Source: Lama glama (Eukaryota). Taken from it: a stretch of 64,000 bases of DNA. The stretch is taken from NCBI GenBank assembly GCA_028534125.1, contig CM052816.1:41480001-41544000 (forward strand). Direction: 5' to 3'. This document shows, in pieces, positions 16,391-31,877 of the stretch; the first letter of the stretch is position 1; every line of letters begins with the position of its first letter. Below the pieces are notes generated by a model, which saw nothing but the letters and a program-made list of their open reading frames with translations, was not told the DNA's origin and did not search any database. The translations under genes were made by a program, and so were the position numbers.

Positions 16391-16990
16391 TAAATTTTTC
16401 TTTATAAAGTCTTAGTTTGTAGCATTGAACTTGACACAAAGTAACTCAGTACATTATTAATAAAAATTAATTTTTGGTTTAGTGTTACCTTATGTATATT
16501 TTTTTTCCTGTTCTTATGGAAAATTTCAAATAAACATTAAAGCATACAGAAGAGTATAATAAATCTCCATGTGCATATCTCCAGCTTCACAGTTTTAACC
16601 ATTGCCTGTTTGCTTCATCTGTGCCTCTACGTGGTACTTTCCTCTCAATTATTGTGAAGCAAACCTGAGACATATTTCATCAAATAAATGTTATATTATT
16701 ACATGAGTTAATCATTTGTGTTTTGTCAGATGAGAACTTCCTTCAGTGAGAAATGTGTATTTTAAAATGTGTCTTTTTTAATGGAAGTTTTTGATGTTGT
16801 TCTCATTTTATTTACGATAGGTAAGATCACTGTAGCTTGTTGGACTATGTAAAGGATAGTTAAAACTATTTTATTACATAAACATACTATACGTAGTTCT
16901 GTGTGTATTTTGAATGGATTTTATTTTAGATATTCAATTAAGAGTATTCCTAATGTTTGTCTTAAAATTGTTTTTGAAATTTCTGGATAG

Positions 16991-17140
<150 letters not shown>

Positions 17141-17164
17141 TAGGTAGGATGAGAAGATAACTTA

Positions 17165-17290
17165 AATCAAGCAAACTACAGCCTATAGGTCAAATCTGGT
17201 TTATTTTTTTTTTATGATCCTTGAAGTAAAGGTCACCTTTTCCTTTTTAAAAGTGTTGTTAAACAAACCAAAGAATATGAAAGTAGTTTG
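17165..17290. mobile_element. hAT-Charlie MITE fragment (MER58-like)
   Basis: gcaaactacagcctataggtcaaatctgg resembles the MER58 terminus. Confidence 0.45.
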
Positions 17291-17344
17291 GCACAGTGCC
17301 TTTTGATTTGTAAGGTCTTTAAAGAGGAGGAAGATACCTCACAG

Positions 17345-17520
17345 GATTAAGCTACCACTGGGTGAAGCACTGTGCTGAATGCTTTATACCTATTGTCTTA
17401 GTTAATGCTTCATAGATATTTTATAATATACTGCTATCTCTATTATAAAGAAAAGTTAAGTTAGGTCAATGAACTTGCCTGAGGTGTTAACAACTATTAA
17501 GTAGCAGAATCAGATCTGTC
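17345..17520 (-). mobile_element. MIR SINE
   Basis: cactgtgctgaatgcttta ... aacttgcctgaggtg...agtagcaga. Confidence 0.55.
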
Positions 17521-17781
17521 TCTGTTTTGTCAGAGACTGACATTTGTATGTTGGAGATAATGCAGTTTATTAAAAGTCGTGTAGTAAATTGTAATGATAC
17601 TTGGAATAAGACACTGTTCCAAAGTTATATTTTCTCCAAATTGACGTTAATAGAGGCTTCTACTGAGTTTAGGCTAAAAATGTTTCATAAAATTTTTAAA
17701 TTATATTACAGAAGTTTTCTTTATTGTCAGTGTGTAAGCCAGTGAAAAAACTTATCACTTGATATTTTGCTCTTTTTTTCT

Positions 17782-17951
17782 CTTTTTTAATTTTTAATTC
17801 TTAAAATTATTTTATTTATTTATTTTTAGTTTCTTGGGGGGGTGGTAATTAGGTCTATTTAGTTTTTTCTTTAATGGAGGTATTGAGGATTGAACCCAGG
17901 ACCTCATGCATGCTGAGCATGCACTTTACCACTTGAGCTATACCCTCCCCC
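17782..17951 (-). mobile_element. tRNA-Ala-derived SINE (Vic-1-like)
   Basis: Same core; 14-bp TSD tgctct(t/g)tttttct at 17768-17781 and 17952-17965. Confidence 0.88.
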
Positions 17952-18116
17952 TGCTCTGTTTTTCTGATGGCTAACTTAGTCATGGAGGGAACTTTATTTT
18001 GCATGTTTAATACATAATTTTTATTTGAATATTAGACAGAGGTTTATAAATTTGCCTTATTTTAATGATTTGAATTTCATTCTTCTCTAAATATACTATG
18101 TTCTGTTTATTTTAAG

Positions 18117-18307
18117 GCATTCCTTGGAGGTCTGAATTGGGCATTTATAGGTGTAGATGAAGCACATCGATTAAAGAATGATGACTCTCTTCTGTATAAA
18201 ACTTTAATAGACTTTAAGTCCAATCACCGTCTCCTTATCACTGGAACTCCTCTGCAAAACTCCCTCAAAGAGCTCTGGTCTTTGCTACATTTCATTATGC
18301 CAGAAAA
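18117..18307 (+). CDS. CHD1: CHD1 exon, motif II DEAH and motif III (TGTPLQN)
   Basis: tttaag|GCA TTC; GAA AA|gtaaga; 191 nt. Confidence 0.97.
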
Positions 18308-18972
18308 GTAAGATAAACTGAGATACACAGTTTTATTGTTTTGTGTGCAAAGTTTACCAGGAAAATAATTAATGTAGGTAATAAGGTCAGAAAGAGGTTT
18401 TATTGCCCCAGACTTTGGACCAGAGATTATTAAGAAAAGAAATAGGAAATGGGATGGAATATTCTGTGTAGTAATATTTTAATTTTTCAATTTTGTAAAT
18501 AAAGCTTAAGCCATGTGTAATAAATTGTAGCAGTTGATTTTGCCTGTGTTCAAAATATACCTTGCTTGAAAAAATGGAAGTAGTATCATTTTTAGTACTT
18601 AACAGCAGCAGTGACGACAATAACGTGGTGTTAGGAAATCCCATTTTCTAAATGAGGAAAACCATACTAAATAAGGATTAATAACTTGTCCAAATGATAA
18701 CATACATGTTTTCTTTCAGTAGATTCAGAACTTTTCTTTGTAAAATATTTGTGATAATTACATATTTGAAAATACTTCATCTTTATTTAACTCAAGGAGA
18801 ATCAAAATTTTTATGAAACAACTATATTTTATCTCTATATATTTAATAGATTTCTTGGAAGGATAGTTATTAGAAGTGATTAATTTTAGCTCATTTTTTT
18901 CCCTAAAAATCTCTATTTTGTTGTATCTGTCTACCCTGAAAAATCTCACATGCAGGTTGACTTCTTTCATGA

Positions 18973-19188
<216 letters not shown>

Positions 19189-19468
19189 TAAGCTGTAAAC
19201 AAGAGTACATGTTTTGAATATTTAATTTTACATAACCCCCCATCCTTGTGTCATTGAGGTGCCCCCCATCCCCGGTTGAGTCTTAGAGCAATAGCAATTA
19301 CTGAATTTTAGAATTGGTTATTCTGTGGCATATTGAGGCAAAGAGAGATTCAATGGCATGTCCAAGATTATGGGTGACATAAGACTAAATAATTCATTTT
19401 CTAACACATCATTAATTGCTTTTCTCAGTTGCATCCTTTGATACATTGTAGAATGGATTTCGTGTGTT

Positions 19469-19747
19469 TTTTGTTTTTGTTTTTGTTTCTGAAGTATAGT
19501 CAGTTTACGGCGCGGTGTTAAAATTTCTGATATACAGCATAGTGATTCATTTGTACATTTTTTATATATATATATTCCCTTTCATATTCTTTTTCATTTT
19601 AAACCATTTTACAAGGTATTGAATATAGTTCCCTGTTCTATATAGTTTGGTGTTTTCATTATGGAAAACAGTATGAAGATTCCTTAAAAAGTTGAAAATA
19701 GACTTACCCTATGATTCAGCAGTCCAACTCCTGGGCATATATTAAGA
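19469..19747. mobile_element. Short L1 insertion with 5' inversion
   Basis: Antisense 3' tail 19469-19645 joined to a sense ORF2-end segment 19646-19745 (atggaaaacagtatgaagattcctt...ctcctgggcatatat). Confidence 0.75.
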
Positions 19748-20788
19748 GGGTTTCAAGTGTTAGGATTTCCTTGCTAGCAAAGCATTACTATGTAATTATG
19801 ATAATCATGTAATTGACAGAGGTAGAGGCCAGAAAAAGAAACTTAGAACAAAATTTTAGGCCCCCTTGCTTTCTGAAAAGAATCATATTTTATATAACTC
19901 ATGTATGTCAGATCTATATAGTAACACTTTGGAAGAATCAAAAAGAAATACCTGTTCTAATATCTATTTAAACATTTAATTGTATAAAATGCACTGCTAC
20001 ATTCATTTGAATTCTGAGAAACATATTTTATGGTAAAATCTTTAAGTGCCATCTATGTAAAAAAAATACATTTATTATATAAACTTTAGGTTTTTATTAT
20101 GGAAAGTTTCAAATATATACAGAAATAGGGTAATGTAATGAACTCCTATCACTCAGCTTAGTTTTCAGCTCATAGCCAGTCTTAATTACACTCCCTCTTC
20201 CTGTACCTTCTATCACTTTGAGGCAAATGAGAGATACAATTGTTACAAGTCCCTCTGAAGAGTCACTTTGTAAAAAGGAAGAAAATAAAAGGAGTTAGAC
20301 AAGGTAGATCATGGTGAGAGGAAATGTTATGTCTCGTTTGCAGTAATAAAATAACCACTCATCATTTTTCTCTAAGTTGTATGTGTATTGTGTAATTGTA
20401 ATTCAGAGAAGGCAGTGTGGCTAGACAATATCCTTATGAGGTTTTTGGTATCTTCATTAGCTGCGGAATGTGAAATTTGTAGGAGGGTAAGATATTACAG
20501 TTGACCATTTAAAAAATAAATTTTGGGGAGAAAGGGATTAATACACTGTATTCAGTGTGTTACATTAAGCCTTTACTGTGTATAGTTAATGGTTCAGTTA
20601 ACAAGTTTTGTGTTCTGATTAGTCTTACAAATGAGGTTCATCAGTTTGGAGAACAAGGTTTGTTCCATTGTATATGAAGTTGTGAACTTCATAATGGTGC
20701 AGTTTTGCTTTGATTTCTTTTTTCTATGGTTATAGAATTCATCCTGGTAATTGTTCTGCTACATAATTTTCATATTTTTTTTAAACAG

Positions 20789-20951
20789 ATGGATATTAAC
20801 TAGGAATTACAAAGCCCTCAGCAAAGGTTCCAAGGGCAGTACCTCAGGCTTTTTGAATATTATGATGGAGCTAAAGAAATGTTGTAACCATTGCTACCTC
20901 ATTAAACCACCAGATAATAATGAATTCTATAATAAACAGGAGGCCTTACAA
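20789..20951 (+). CDS. CHD1: CHD1 exon (WILTRNYK...ELKKCCNH...QEALQ)
   Basis: aaacag|A TGG; TTA CAA|gtaaga; 163 nt. Confidence 0.97.
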
Positions 20952-21592
20952 GTAAGAATTTTAAAATATGGTTACTTTGTGGTAAAGCAAAATTCTAGAA
21001 ATGTTTATTTCAGTTATAACTGAATTAATATGTTAGAAATTCTCTTTGGTTAATGATATATTAAATAATGGTATATATTATTTTTCAGTCTTTATAAAAA
21101 GATTTATAATTATAATTTATCCAATTAATCATTTTTCCAAAATTGGATCTCTAACCATGGGCTGTGATACTTTATCCAGCAAAAATCCCTTAGTGTATTC
21201 TTAATTCTGAAAAAACTTCACTAGTGATTGTGCTGAATTTGTGGTATGACACATGGTAAGAAGGGCGTCTAGACCTTAGGTCTCATCCTTCCTATCACTT
21301 CCAGAAGACAAATGAAGTGTGTGAAGAAGGCATAATTGCCACGCAGAGCATAGTAGGGCTTTGAAGTGCTAGGATCAGTGACTTATACTTATAAATTAGA
21401 ATATATTTCTAGTCATAGAGCAAAATGATGAAGGTTCTAGAATATTTTGAAAACTGAAATAAACTGTTTTCCAACATTATGAAAATTCTAAATCTCAATT
21501 TAAAATACTTAAAAAAAAAACAAGTGTTACATGAGGCACATTTCGTTTTATTGGCTTTTTTAACATGACAATTTTAATTTGTTTTCTTATAG

Positions 21593-21772
<180 letters not shown>

Positions 21773-22624
21773 TGACTTAAATTTCATCTAATTCCTGAAC
21801 ATGTACTACAAAATGATCTTTGAAATTCTTTTGCAGATGAAGTGTAGATTTTATGTAGGCCATACTGTTTTTTAAAGAAAATAGATCTGTTTAAAAAATT
21901 TGTCACTATTGCTTTTTTTTCTTCTTGACCTTATATTTTACAGCAAAGCAGTTTTTCTTTTCTCTAATTTTTATTTGCTTTTAATTCTTTATTTCTCTAT
22001 GTTCAAATCTAAAGGGGCAGCCTTAGTATTAGGCTTTAGTCTGAGGAAGGGCAAGAGAGCAATTCTTGTGAATGTTACCAGGACTGTTGGAGATTTTGAA
22101 GATTATGGGTTCATAGTTATTGTAATGCATAGTTGGCTGAATGAAACCACGTGACTTTAGGGAAGATAGCAAAGATCAAAATGGACTTACATTCCATCTA
22201 TTCAATATTTATTTTGAAATTCATTCACTGTAATTACAGATAGTAGGAATGAGTGTTGAATGTTATAGTTAGGTGCTAGTCTTAGGCACTTTACATCTAA
22301 TAGTTAACTTAATCCTTCCAGTAATTTTATGAACAGTGCCTGGAACATAGGAAACATTTTCTGCATATACAGCTAGTAAATGATGTATATTTAGTGCGAG
22401 CAATAAAATAAAAGTAGAATTATAATGATGAACCTCAACACACATAGTTTGTGTTCTGTTGGAGCTTATAACCTGGTGTGGAAGATAGACATTAAGCCAG
22501 GTAATTACAAATACAATGTTACAACTCTGGTAAGTGCTATGAAGAACAGGTATTGGGTGGTATGAACATGACTGAGATACATGTAGTCATTTAGGGGAAA
22601 AAGCAGAAAGAGTACTGTTGCTTG

Positions 22625-22830
22625 ATTTTATTTTAATAGCTTTAATGACATGTAATTTCCATTGTATACCATTCATCCATTTAAAGTTTACGATTCAGTG
22701 GTTTTTAATATATAGACAGTTACGTGCAATCATCATCACAGTTTAGAGTATTTTCATAATCTCAAAAAGAAACTGTACCTGTTAGCTGTCAACCTTGGTT
22801 GCCCCTCTTGTGTTCCCCATCCCCAACCCA
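22625..22830 (-). mobile_element. Old L1 3' terminus (L1MB-like)
   Basis: ttttaatagcttta...ccattcatccatttaaagttta...cagtggtttttaatata. Confidence 0.6.
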
Positions 22831-23007
22831 GCCTGTTAGGTCATGCCTCAGTACATGATAATACTACTATTTTTTCGAAGTTTTCACCAAGTATAATTTT
22901 TAATGGAACAGAAATATAACACTTTAAAAATTTTTTTGATTTTGGACATCTGTTGTTTAGCTTATGTTTAATAACACTCAGTATATGTTAGACACTGTGC
23001 TTAATGT

Positions 23008-23136
23008 TTTTTTAATGAGGAGGAGGTAACTAGGTTTCTTCACTGATTTCCGCTTGGAGGAGGCGCTGGGGAGACTGAACCCAGTATCTCTTGTTGCCGA
23101 GCATGCGCTCTACCACTTGAGGTATACCCTTCCCCC
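23008..23136 (-). mobile_element. Diverged tRNA-Ala-derived SINE (Vic-1-like), inserted into a MIR-like sequence
   Basis: ctggggagactgaacccag...gcatgcgctctaccacttgaggtatacc; imperfect flanking repeat ctgtgct...tgtt. Confidence 0.75.
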
Positions 23137-23333
23137 ACAATGCTGTGCTAAGTGTTGAATTCTGTTCTCTCACTGAATCTTTGGTATTCTATGAAGGAAG
23201 TAATAGTATTATATCCATTTACTGAGGAGGAAACTGACAAGAATAAGAGTCAAATTTCTTGCCCAAGATACCGATGAATACTCAGGATACTCAAATGTGG
23301 GCTATTCAGCTAGAGCCTGTAGTGCCCTGAATC

Positions 23334-23475
23334 AGTGATTCTCAGCGTTTAAACTGGAGGGCTTTTGCTGGATCCCTCTCTGAGTTTCTGATTTTAGTTC
23401 TGAGATGGTGCTCAAAAATTTGTGTTTCTAAATTCTCAGGTGACATTGACATGTTGGTGCATAACCATGCTGGGC
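23334..23475. mobile_element. MER5-like hAT-Charlie MITE
   Basis: cagtgattctca ... gtttctgatt ... aatttgtgtttctaa..tcaggtga. Confidence 0.55.
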
Positions 23476-23908
23476 TCAGAGTTTTTTAAACTGTGGGCTG
23501 TAACATATTCATGGATCTGGGAATCAATTTAATGGGCTGTACCAACATTTTAAAAAAATTGAAATAGATCATAAACTATGAGGGTGTATCAGTACACTGT
23601 GTCATGAAACCTGTTTTGGTTGTACAGCTATGTACTCATTCACATGCAAAGTATATTCTTACAGTGGGTCTCAAGCAAAATGACAAAGCCAGTTCTATTA
23701 TTTATTGTTAGCAATAGCAGTGCTAGTGGTTATGAGCGTGGACTCTGGAGATACAATGCCTGGGCATTGTTACCCTACCTATAAGTACCTTCTAGCCTTA
23801 GGAAAAGCAGTGCTGCATTTGCATTACTTAATTTCATAATTGATTTCAATTTGTTTTTAAAGTTTTGATTCTGTTACTATTGCAGTATTTTAATGTGTTT
23901 TATTCTAG

Positions 23909-23980
23909 AGATTAGATGGATCAATAAAAGGGGAGCTGAGGAAACAAGCTCTAGATCATTTTAATGCTGAAGGATCAGAG
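23909..23980 (+). CDS. CHD1: CHD1 exon (RLDGSIKGELRKQALDHFNAEGSE)
   Basis: ttctag|AGA TTA; TCA GAG|gtatga; 72 nt. Confidence 0.96.
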
Positions 23981-24402
23981 GTATGAACACTTGTAAAAGT
24001 GTACATAGTGTTTTGTCATTATTTTAGTCATTTGTAGTTTAAAAGAACACAAGTGTTATTGGTGCTAGCTGGTTTGATTTGCAAGTGAGATTTTAAAATT
24101 AGTATTCTGTGTTAAATCTGAAGAATTTTACCCTTTCGTATCAGTAGTATTTCATCATAGGACAGTTAATTTGCTTAGAAATAAATTAGCCTACTTTCAT
24201 TTGGAGTTCTTGTTGAATTGCTGTTTTCATATATGTGTGTATATGTATATATTTATGTTTTGGAGTCTTGTTGATTGGTTTTTCTAGAGGTGTATATGTT
24301 TTATTAGTATTTTTTAAAACTGTCTTTCACTTTTATTGGTAACATACGTTTTAAATTCAGAAATTAAATTGTAAAATTTTCATATTGATTATTCACAGTT
24401 GA

Positions 24403-24618
<216 letters not shown>

Positions 24619-25336
24619 TAGGATTTGTTTTGTGATGAGTGCTTGGAAGTGATTTTTGTTTTTCTTCTGGTAAGATCATTGAAACAGTCATGTTGCTGTT
24701 TAACAGATAGGGTAATGAGGAATTCACATTTACCAGAATCACCTGACAGAAATTCCTGACAGAACTGAGGATGCCTAATAGGATTGTGTACTCTTTTTGG
24801 ATCATTATTCTGTTTACAACTGTAGAATATAGTATTTCATTCAATATATGTAACTTTAAAATGCCTTCATAAACTTACTTTAACTATTGAAAGATTTTGC
24901 TCAGTACATCGCTTCCTTTTTGTTAGCCTGTGTTTTATTCATGTGCCTACAAGATTCTCTATGCAAAAAAGCCATTCTCATAATTTTTGTACAACTATCT
25001 GGCACAGTTGTAGTAGCCCTTAAGAAAAACCATCTGTCATTCTTTTAGTGCCTTGGTCCTTATCTTTTAATTCATTTACCTCCATCTAAAGTAGTGTTTC
25101 TCAAACTTTTTCAAAGCAGGAGATATAAACATGTAGTACCACAGAGGCTTAGCAGATTTTAATTTTTGAAACATTCATATTTTCTACTGAAGAATAAATC
25201 CATAATCTAAAAAATGTTTTACCCGGATAATTCTTATTAAACTGTGCCTCATCAGGAATGGATCATGTATCTTCCTATCATTTTTATACTCTGGAACAAC
25301 ATTGCATACCCCTGAATAAAAAGATTGTATTTAAAG

Positions 25337-26280
25337 TAGTGATTCTTAACTTTATCAGACCCAGTGACCTGTTTTTATGATAGTTATTTTTAGCACCCCT
25401 TTTTCTGTCTTGAAATAGATACATGTAATTTGAGGTCATCCTAATGCCCTAACAATAATTTAGATTTAAAAAAAAAAGAGAGCTCTTTCCAGTATATACT
25501 GGGATGTAAAAATAAGTTGAGAGAATAAGAGCAAGACTTGTTCTCTGTAAAAAAGTACAAAGGAAGGAAACAGCAAAGGTATATTTGTGCATAACAGAAT
25601 GAAAAACAGTATTAGGTTGGATAATAACTGACTTACTTGTACATGATAAAGAGAGGGAAACTTGAAGTAGAAATAACAACATGCCAAGACAAATTATAGA
25701 CTGTCAAAGATGAGAACGTAAGGAAATAGGATTTCACAGGTTAATTAGGCCTAATGTATATGTGACAGTTGAAATAGCCCTGTATTATGAATGAGTTGGG
25801 GAGTAGTTATTAATTGCACTGGACATATTTGCATGCAGCAACTACCAAATGAGTAGTTGTAGGTTAGTAATACAGGTGAGTTTTATTGGTGACACCAATA
25901 CTAGAAACATATGGAAGTGGTAAGTAATGATAAAGATCCAAATAAAACAGTATCCGGTTATCTACTGATACGCACAATGGTTTATAATCCTGAAAAAATT
26001 AGTGTGTATTGTAACTCTGAAAGTACTTCATGTTTGTGTTAAAATAGAGTTATAATTTAGACTCACAGTAAATTTCAAAGGTTTTTAAAAATTCTTGAAA
26101 AACTTACAAGATAATTTTTCATTTTGCCAGAATGTTCAGTTTAATGAAGAATGTCTACTATCCCAGGTCCCTGTGCTCTGAATGCTGATAAGCCCACCTA
26201 GTCACTGTTAAAACTAAAAGTATTCCTATAAATTTTCAAAATAGCCCCATATTGTGATGCTGTTTGATATAGAACCACTG
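25337..26280. mobile_element. hAT-Charlie DNA transposon fossil
   Basis: Terminal inverted repeats tagtgattct / agaaccactg (Charlie-type CAGTGGTTCT). Confidence 0.5.
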
Positions 26281-26720
26281 AACTTGAGAAATTACTACAC
26301 ATCAATTATGGAAAGCTTTTTTTTTTAATGGTTTCATCATTGACTTGAGAAGAAATTCACAGAATTTTAGATTAAATGGAATAATGTAATGTTAATCAGA
26401 ATTGAGGGAACTGGTATAAGGTTGTCATAAGTTTACCGTTTCCTCCACCAAAAGATAATTTAAAAGTCACTGTCATTCCTTAAAAAAAAAAAAAAAGCAA
26501 AAGCAAATAAAATCTCCTAACCAAAGTATAAAAAGGAGGGACATACTCTCAAAATAATCTTTAAATTGAAGAAACTTTAGCTTTAAATGTATTATTGTGT
26601 ATAACAAATGTTTATTTTGCTTTTGACCAGTGAAAACATCATACAGGATGAGCTTCAGTCTAGGTACCAATATTTGGGCATGTAACATTAGCAAAATGAA
26701 TCCTTTTTACTGCACTTTAG

Positions 26721-26894
<174 letters not shown>

Positions 26895-27234
26895 TAGTTA
26901 CTTGCCTGTTAAAAAAATGTCCTTTTAGAATCATACTATATCCATTTTCCTGGAATGTTACATACTGTAAGCAGATCATTGAAGTACTGTATTTAGTGTT
27001 GTGATTTTATTTTTTAAAGCACTGAAATAATTTGTAGTCAGTGATAGACATTCAATACATGGTTTCACCACTCTAGTTTTGTAATCTTGGGGGAATACCC
27101 TTTAACTTCTAGGTTTCAAGTTCTTTAGTTTTAAAATAAGTATATTAGTAATGCTTGACCTATTTATGTCATATTAATTTTTATAAAGGTAATGTCAATA
27201 AGTCATAAGTGTTGTGTAAATGTTAAATTTCTGA

Positions 27235-27408
<174 letters not shown>

Positions 27409-27490
27409 TAAAATTGTAAATGTGAAGTATATTTATTTTTAAATATATTAAAGTATGTATTTAAAATAGAAGATTTCTTTCTTACTTTAG

Positions 27491-27679
<189 letters not shown>

Positions 27680-28886
27680 TAAACATGATCAGTAAGGTAG
27701 TCTATAAAAATGTTTAACATTTTTGTCTTAACATTTGCTGAGGTATATAAAATTTTTTTCTCTTATTCTGACAAACCATCAGTGACATGATTTGAAAGGG
27801 ACCAAATCATTTATGAATAGCTATGCTTAGTGGAATGGGGAGAGCTGTTTCCTCAAATATTTGGGTAAATGCATGAATATGATCTCTTATTTCGATTTCC
27901 ATGACTGAAGACTTTTAGCTGATTTTTGTTGGAACAATTTTTGACATTAGATTAATTTAAGCAGTATCATAACTAAGAAAAATAAAGCAAATGCGGTCAC
28001 ATAACGTAAGCAATAATATTTATAAATACCCCTGGTTTGGTGAGGGCTAAAAGGTTGATAGAAGTCCTAAAGCAACATAAATCAACCTACATCACAGAGT
28101 AAGTTGTATGCCAGTTACGTAGAATAAAGAAGTAGGTTGCTCTGTATCCTAACCATTTTCCATGAACTGAATTTTTTAAGGATCAATTCATGTCATTCAT
28201 TCATTCACCAAATAAATATCGAGCATCTGCAATGTGCCACACAGAGACAGAGCAGTGAATAAAAACTTGTAATTTTAATGGATCACTCTGGCTGAAGTGC
28301 AGAGGATTTACTGTAGTGGGAAAGAATTGAAGTAGGAGAATAAGTCCTTAAATGTATTATCTTATTTAATCCTCACAAAAGTTAGTGTGCTATCTAACTT
28401 TTTAAGAGATGAAGAAACTAGGGCTTAGGGAACCTAAATAAATTTATCTATTCTCTCAGAGTTCCTTGTGTCTTGTCATTAGCTCTTTAGGTACTATTTT
28501 TATGATTCAGAAAAATAATATTGGATTTATCTACAGCACTTTGTAGTTCATGGACTGGTGTGGTAATTACTGCAGAAGGTCATTTAGCACATTACCACTA
28601 TAAATTACTTTGTTCTTATTCTTTTAACTTAGAGTAATAATTTTTTTATCATCAGGGCAAAAGAGAATCATTCCTGGAAGACGAATGAAGTCATTTGATT
28701 TCACCTACTTTGACCTAATGAAGAAATAAACTTAGTTTTACAATCATATTTGGTTTAATCCATAGTCATATTCATTTTCCTGAGGATATTTAAGTGTTAC
28801 TGTCTTATTCTGGTATGCCTCTTCCTCCCTGCTGAAAAAGAAAAATGTAATTTAAGGATGAATTCTTTAATGCTTTATTCTGCTAA

Positions 28887-29090
<204 letters not shown>

Positions 29091-29189
29091 TAATTTGAAA
29101 GATATTTCTATATTGTAAGAGTATTTACACCATGCTATTCTTTGTTTAAGAGAAACAGTGATCCTTAGTTTTGTTTTCTTATGACTTCA

Positions 29190-29990
29190 TCTGACTTGAT
29201 AATGCTTGTCTCATACAATGAGTTGGAAAGTGTTTCATTAAATGTTTGGCAGTGTTTGTCAGGGAAACTGTCTAGGCCTAAAGTTTTCTTTGTTAGAAGA
29301 TTTTTAAACTATAACCTAAGTTTCTTTTATAAATATAGAACTATTGAGAGTATCTGTTTCTTGAATGAGTTTGGTTGATTGTTTTAAGGAACTTGTTCCT
29401 TTTATCCAGGTTGTTGAATTTATAGGCATAAAATTATTTATAATATCCCCTTATTCTTTTGGTGTCTATAGGGTATTTAGTGATTTCCCTCTTTTCATTC
29501 CTAATATTGGTCATTTTTTCCTTGATTATGGTTAATTTTACTCTTTTCAAAGAACCACCTTTTGGTTTCATTGATTTTTCTGTCTTAAATTTCATTGATT
29601 TGTGCCTTTTATTATTTCTTCCTTCTTTTGCTTTGCTTTTTTTTCCCAAGTCTCTAAAGGTATAAGATTAGATCATTAAATTAAGATCTTCCTTTTCAAA
29701 TATTAGCATTTAATTCTGCATGTTTCACACTAAGCACTGTCTTTTTTGAATCTCCTGAGTTTTGATATTTGTTGTGTTTTCATTTTCATTTCTTTCAAAA
29801 TATTTTGATTTCTTTTGTGACTTCCTCTGTGACCCATAGGTTTTTTCAGAAGTATGCTGTTTAATTTCCAAATATTTGGGAGATTTTTCAAGTATCTTTG
29901 TTACTGATATCTAGTTTCTTTTATGGTCAGAGGGCATACCCTGAGTGATTCGAATTCTTAGAAATATCTTGGTGTTTATTTTTACTGCCT
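29190..29990 (-). mobile_element. L1 ORF2 internal fragment
   Basis: Minus-strand ORF 29434..29649 contains TNIRNEKREITKYPIDTKRIRGYY, resembling L1 ORF2p INKIRNEKGDITTD...IRDYY. Confidence 0.75.
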
Positions 29991-31694
29991 AAATGAACAA
30001 AATATTAGAGTTTTAAATAATGCTAATAGTGCTGTACCAAGATATACTGGATTCTGTGACAAAAGGAAAAACTTTAATATTAGCCCTCTTTGCATTAACT
30101 TCTGTTTTTTTAGAATGAATGCAATTATAAGATTATCTTGATTACTGAGTTTTTGGTTTCTCCTCAGATTTAGAGTCTGAGGTAGAAGAAGGACTTATCC
30201 TACCCTGGTCCTTGCTTTGCTACTTATTTTATTTTCTGCAACCATATTTAGGACTTCTCCTGTGTTCTCAGTTCATTAGTTGAGAAGGGTCTGGCTAGGC
30301 TTCCTGCCTATCTCCTGAAAGGTGACTGCTCTCTTTCTCCAGACCTTCACCGTCAAGGAAATGCTTTCTTTTATCTCCAATCCTGTTTGTAGTCTTTCTC
30401 ATGAGCACCTGGTAGGTTGGTGGAAGTTTGTGGGAAAGCACCTGAGAGTAGGTGCAGGTTCTCCCTAGGACCCTCTGCTCTCATGGTAGCCCACACTCAC
30501 AGTCTTGAACAAATTTGAGCTAACTTCCTCTCACCTGCTTATATGGTACTTGATGTCTGTCATTCGTATTACAAGTGAGCTGGTGTTTGAGTGCCATCAC
30601 TTTTTAATAATCTGCTATATTTCCTTATATTTTAGACTACTAGATTGTTGTGATTTTGATGTGTTTAAGAAAATTTATGATTTTGTAGATTAGACTTGTT
30701 AGAGTGGGAGCAACCTACCAACTTTCTATATCTGAGGCAGAAATGGAGCCAGATAATTTGTGTTTGGCCTGAGAGTGATCATGTATGTAGTTTCTTGGTG
30801 TTTAATTTCTATAAAACCCTTATGGTTTCTTTTTACAGTGCATGGGAAGCATAGCATTATATTAGATCTAGTGAAAGGATGAGAGAAAATTATAACGAGT
30901 AAGAACTAAATACCATTGCTGACTTGCAGTTAGCTTTCAGTGCATTAGGTGTTCAGAATATGTACTGAGATTTTGTAAGGACTCTAAAGACTTGCCGAAA
31001 AATGTTTTGATTTATCTGTTAAAGAACTAATGGGTGTTATAAAGGCGCTTTCATGTGGATTCAACTGGCACTTTTTTCATATTACTAACCTATTAGTAGA
31101 TATTTAGAAGAACAGGAAAAAAATGACACAATAAATCTGTTCAGATACCACAGTAACATTATTATGGTATACAGTATACTGAATTCCAGTATTTTTTAAA
31201 ATATATCTCATTTGCCAAGTTTAATTGGAGTCACATTAATTTGGAACTTGCTTTCTTCCTTTTGATGGTGTATAATGAATGTTAACCATTCTATAACAAT
31301 TTTAAATGGCTTCTCAACTTTTTGTTGTATAGATTATTTGTCCAGTCTTTTTTTGATGAACAGATTGTTTGCATTTAAAAAAATCTTTTTTGATGTAAAT
31401 AACTTTTGGCTGGTGTTCTTTTACATTTCTGATGTCAGGAAAAATGCCTATCAACTGCCTGTTAGTAACCCTTTCACATATTTTTACAAAAGGATAATTG
31501 GTATTTTTCTTGCTGATTATGAGAATGTTTTAAGTGTTAAGGGTATTAATACCTCTTTGTCATTAACATGCTATATTTTTCTGGGGTTTTTTGTTTGCTT
31601 TTCAATTTTATTTAATGTTTTTGATATATAGAAGAATATTTGAATTTATTTTGTCAGTCTTTTATAGTGTTTTCTTTACTCTAAGTTTGGGTAA

Positions 31695-31877
<183 letters not shown>

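Noticed and set aside
28640..28730. Acceptor-like site followed by aatcattcctg, matching part of the next exon, and AATAAA
   Set aside because: An 11-nt match is compatible with chance in AT-rich DNA; no convincing reading frame or donor
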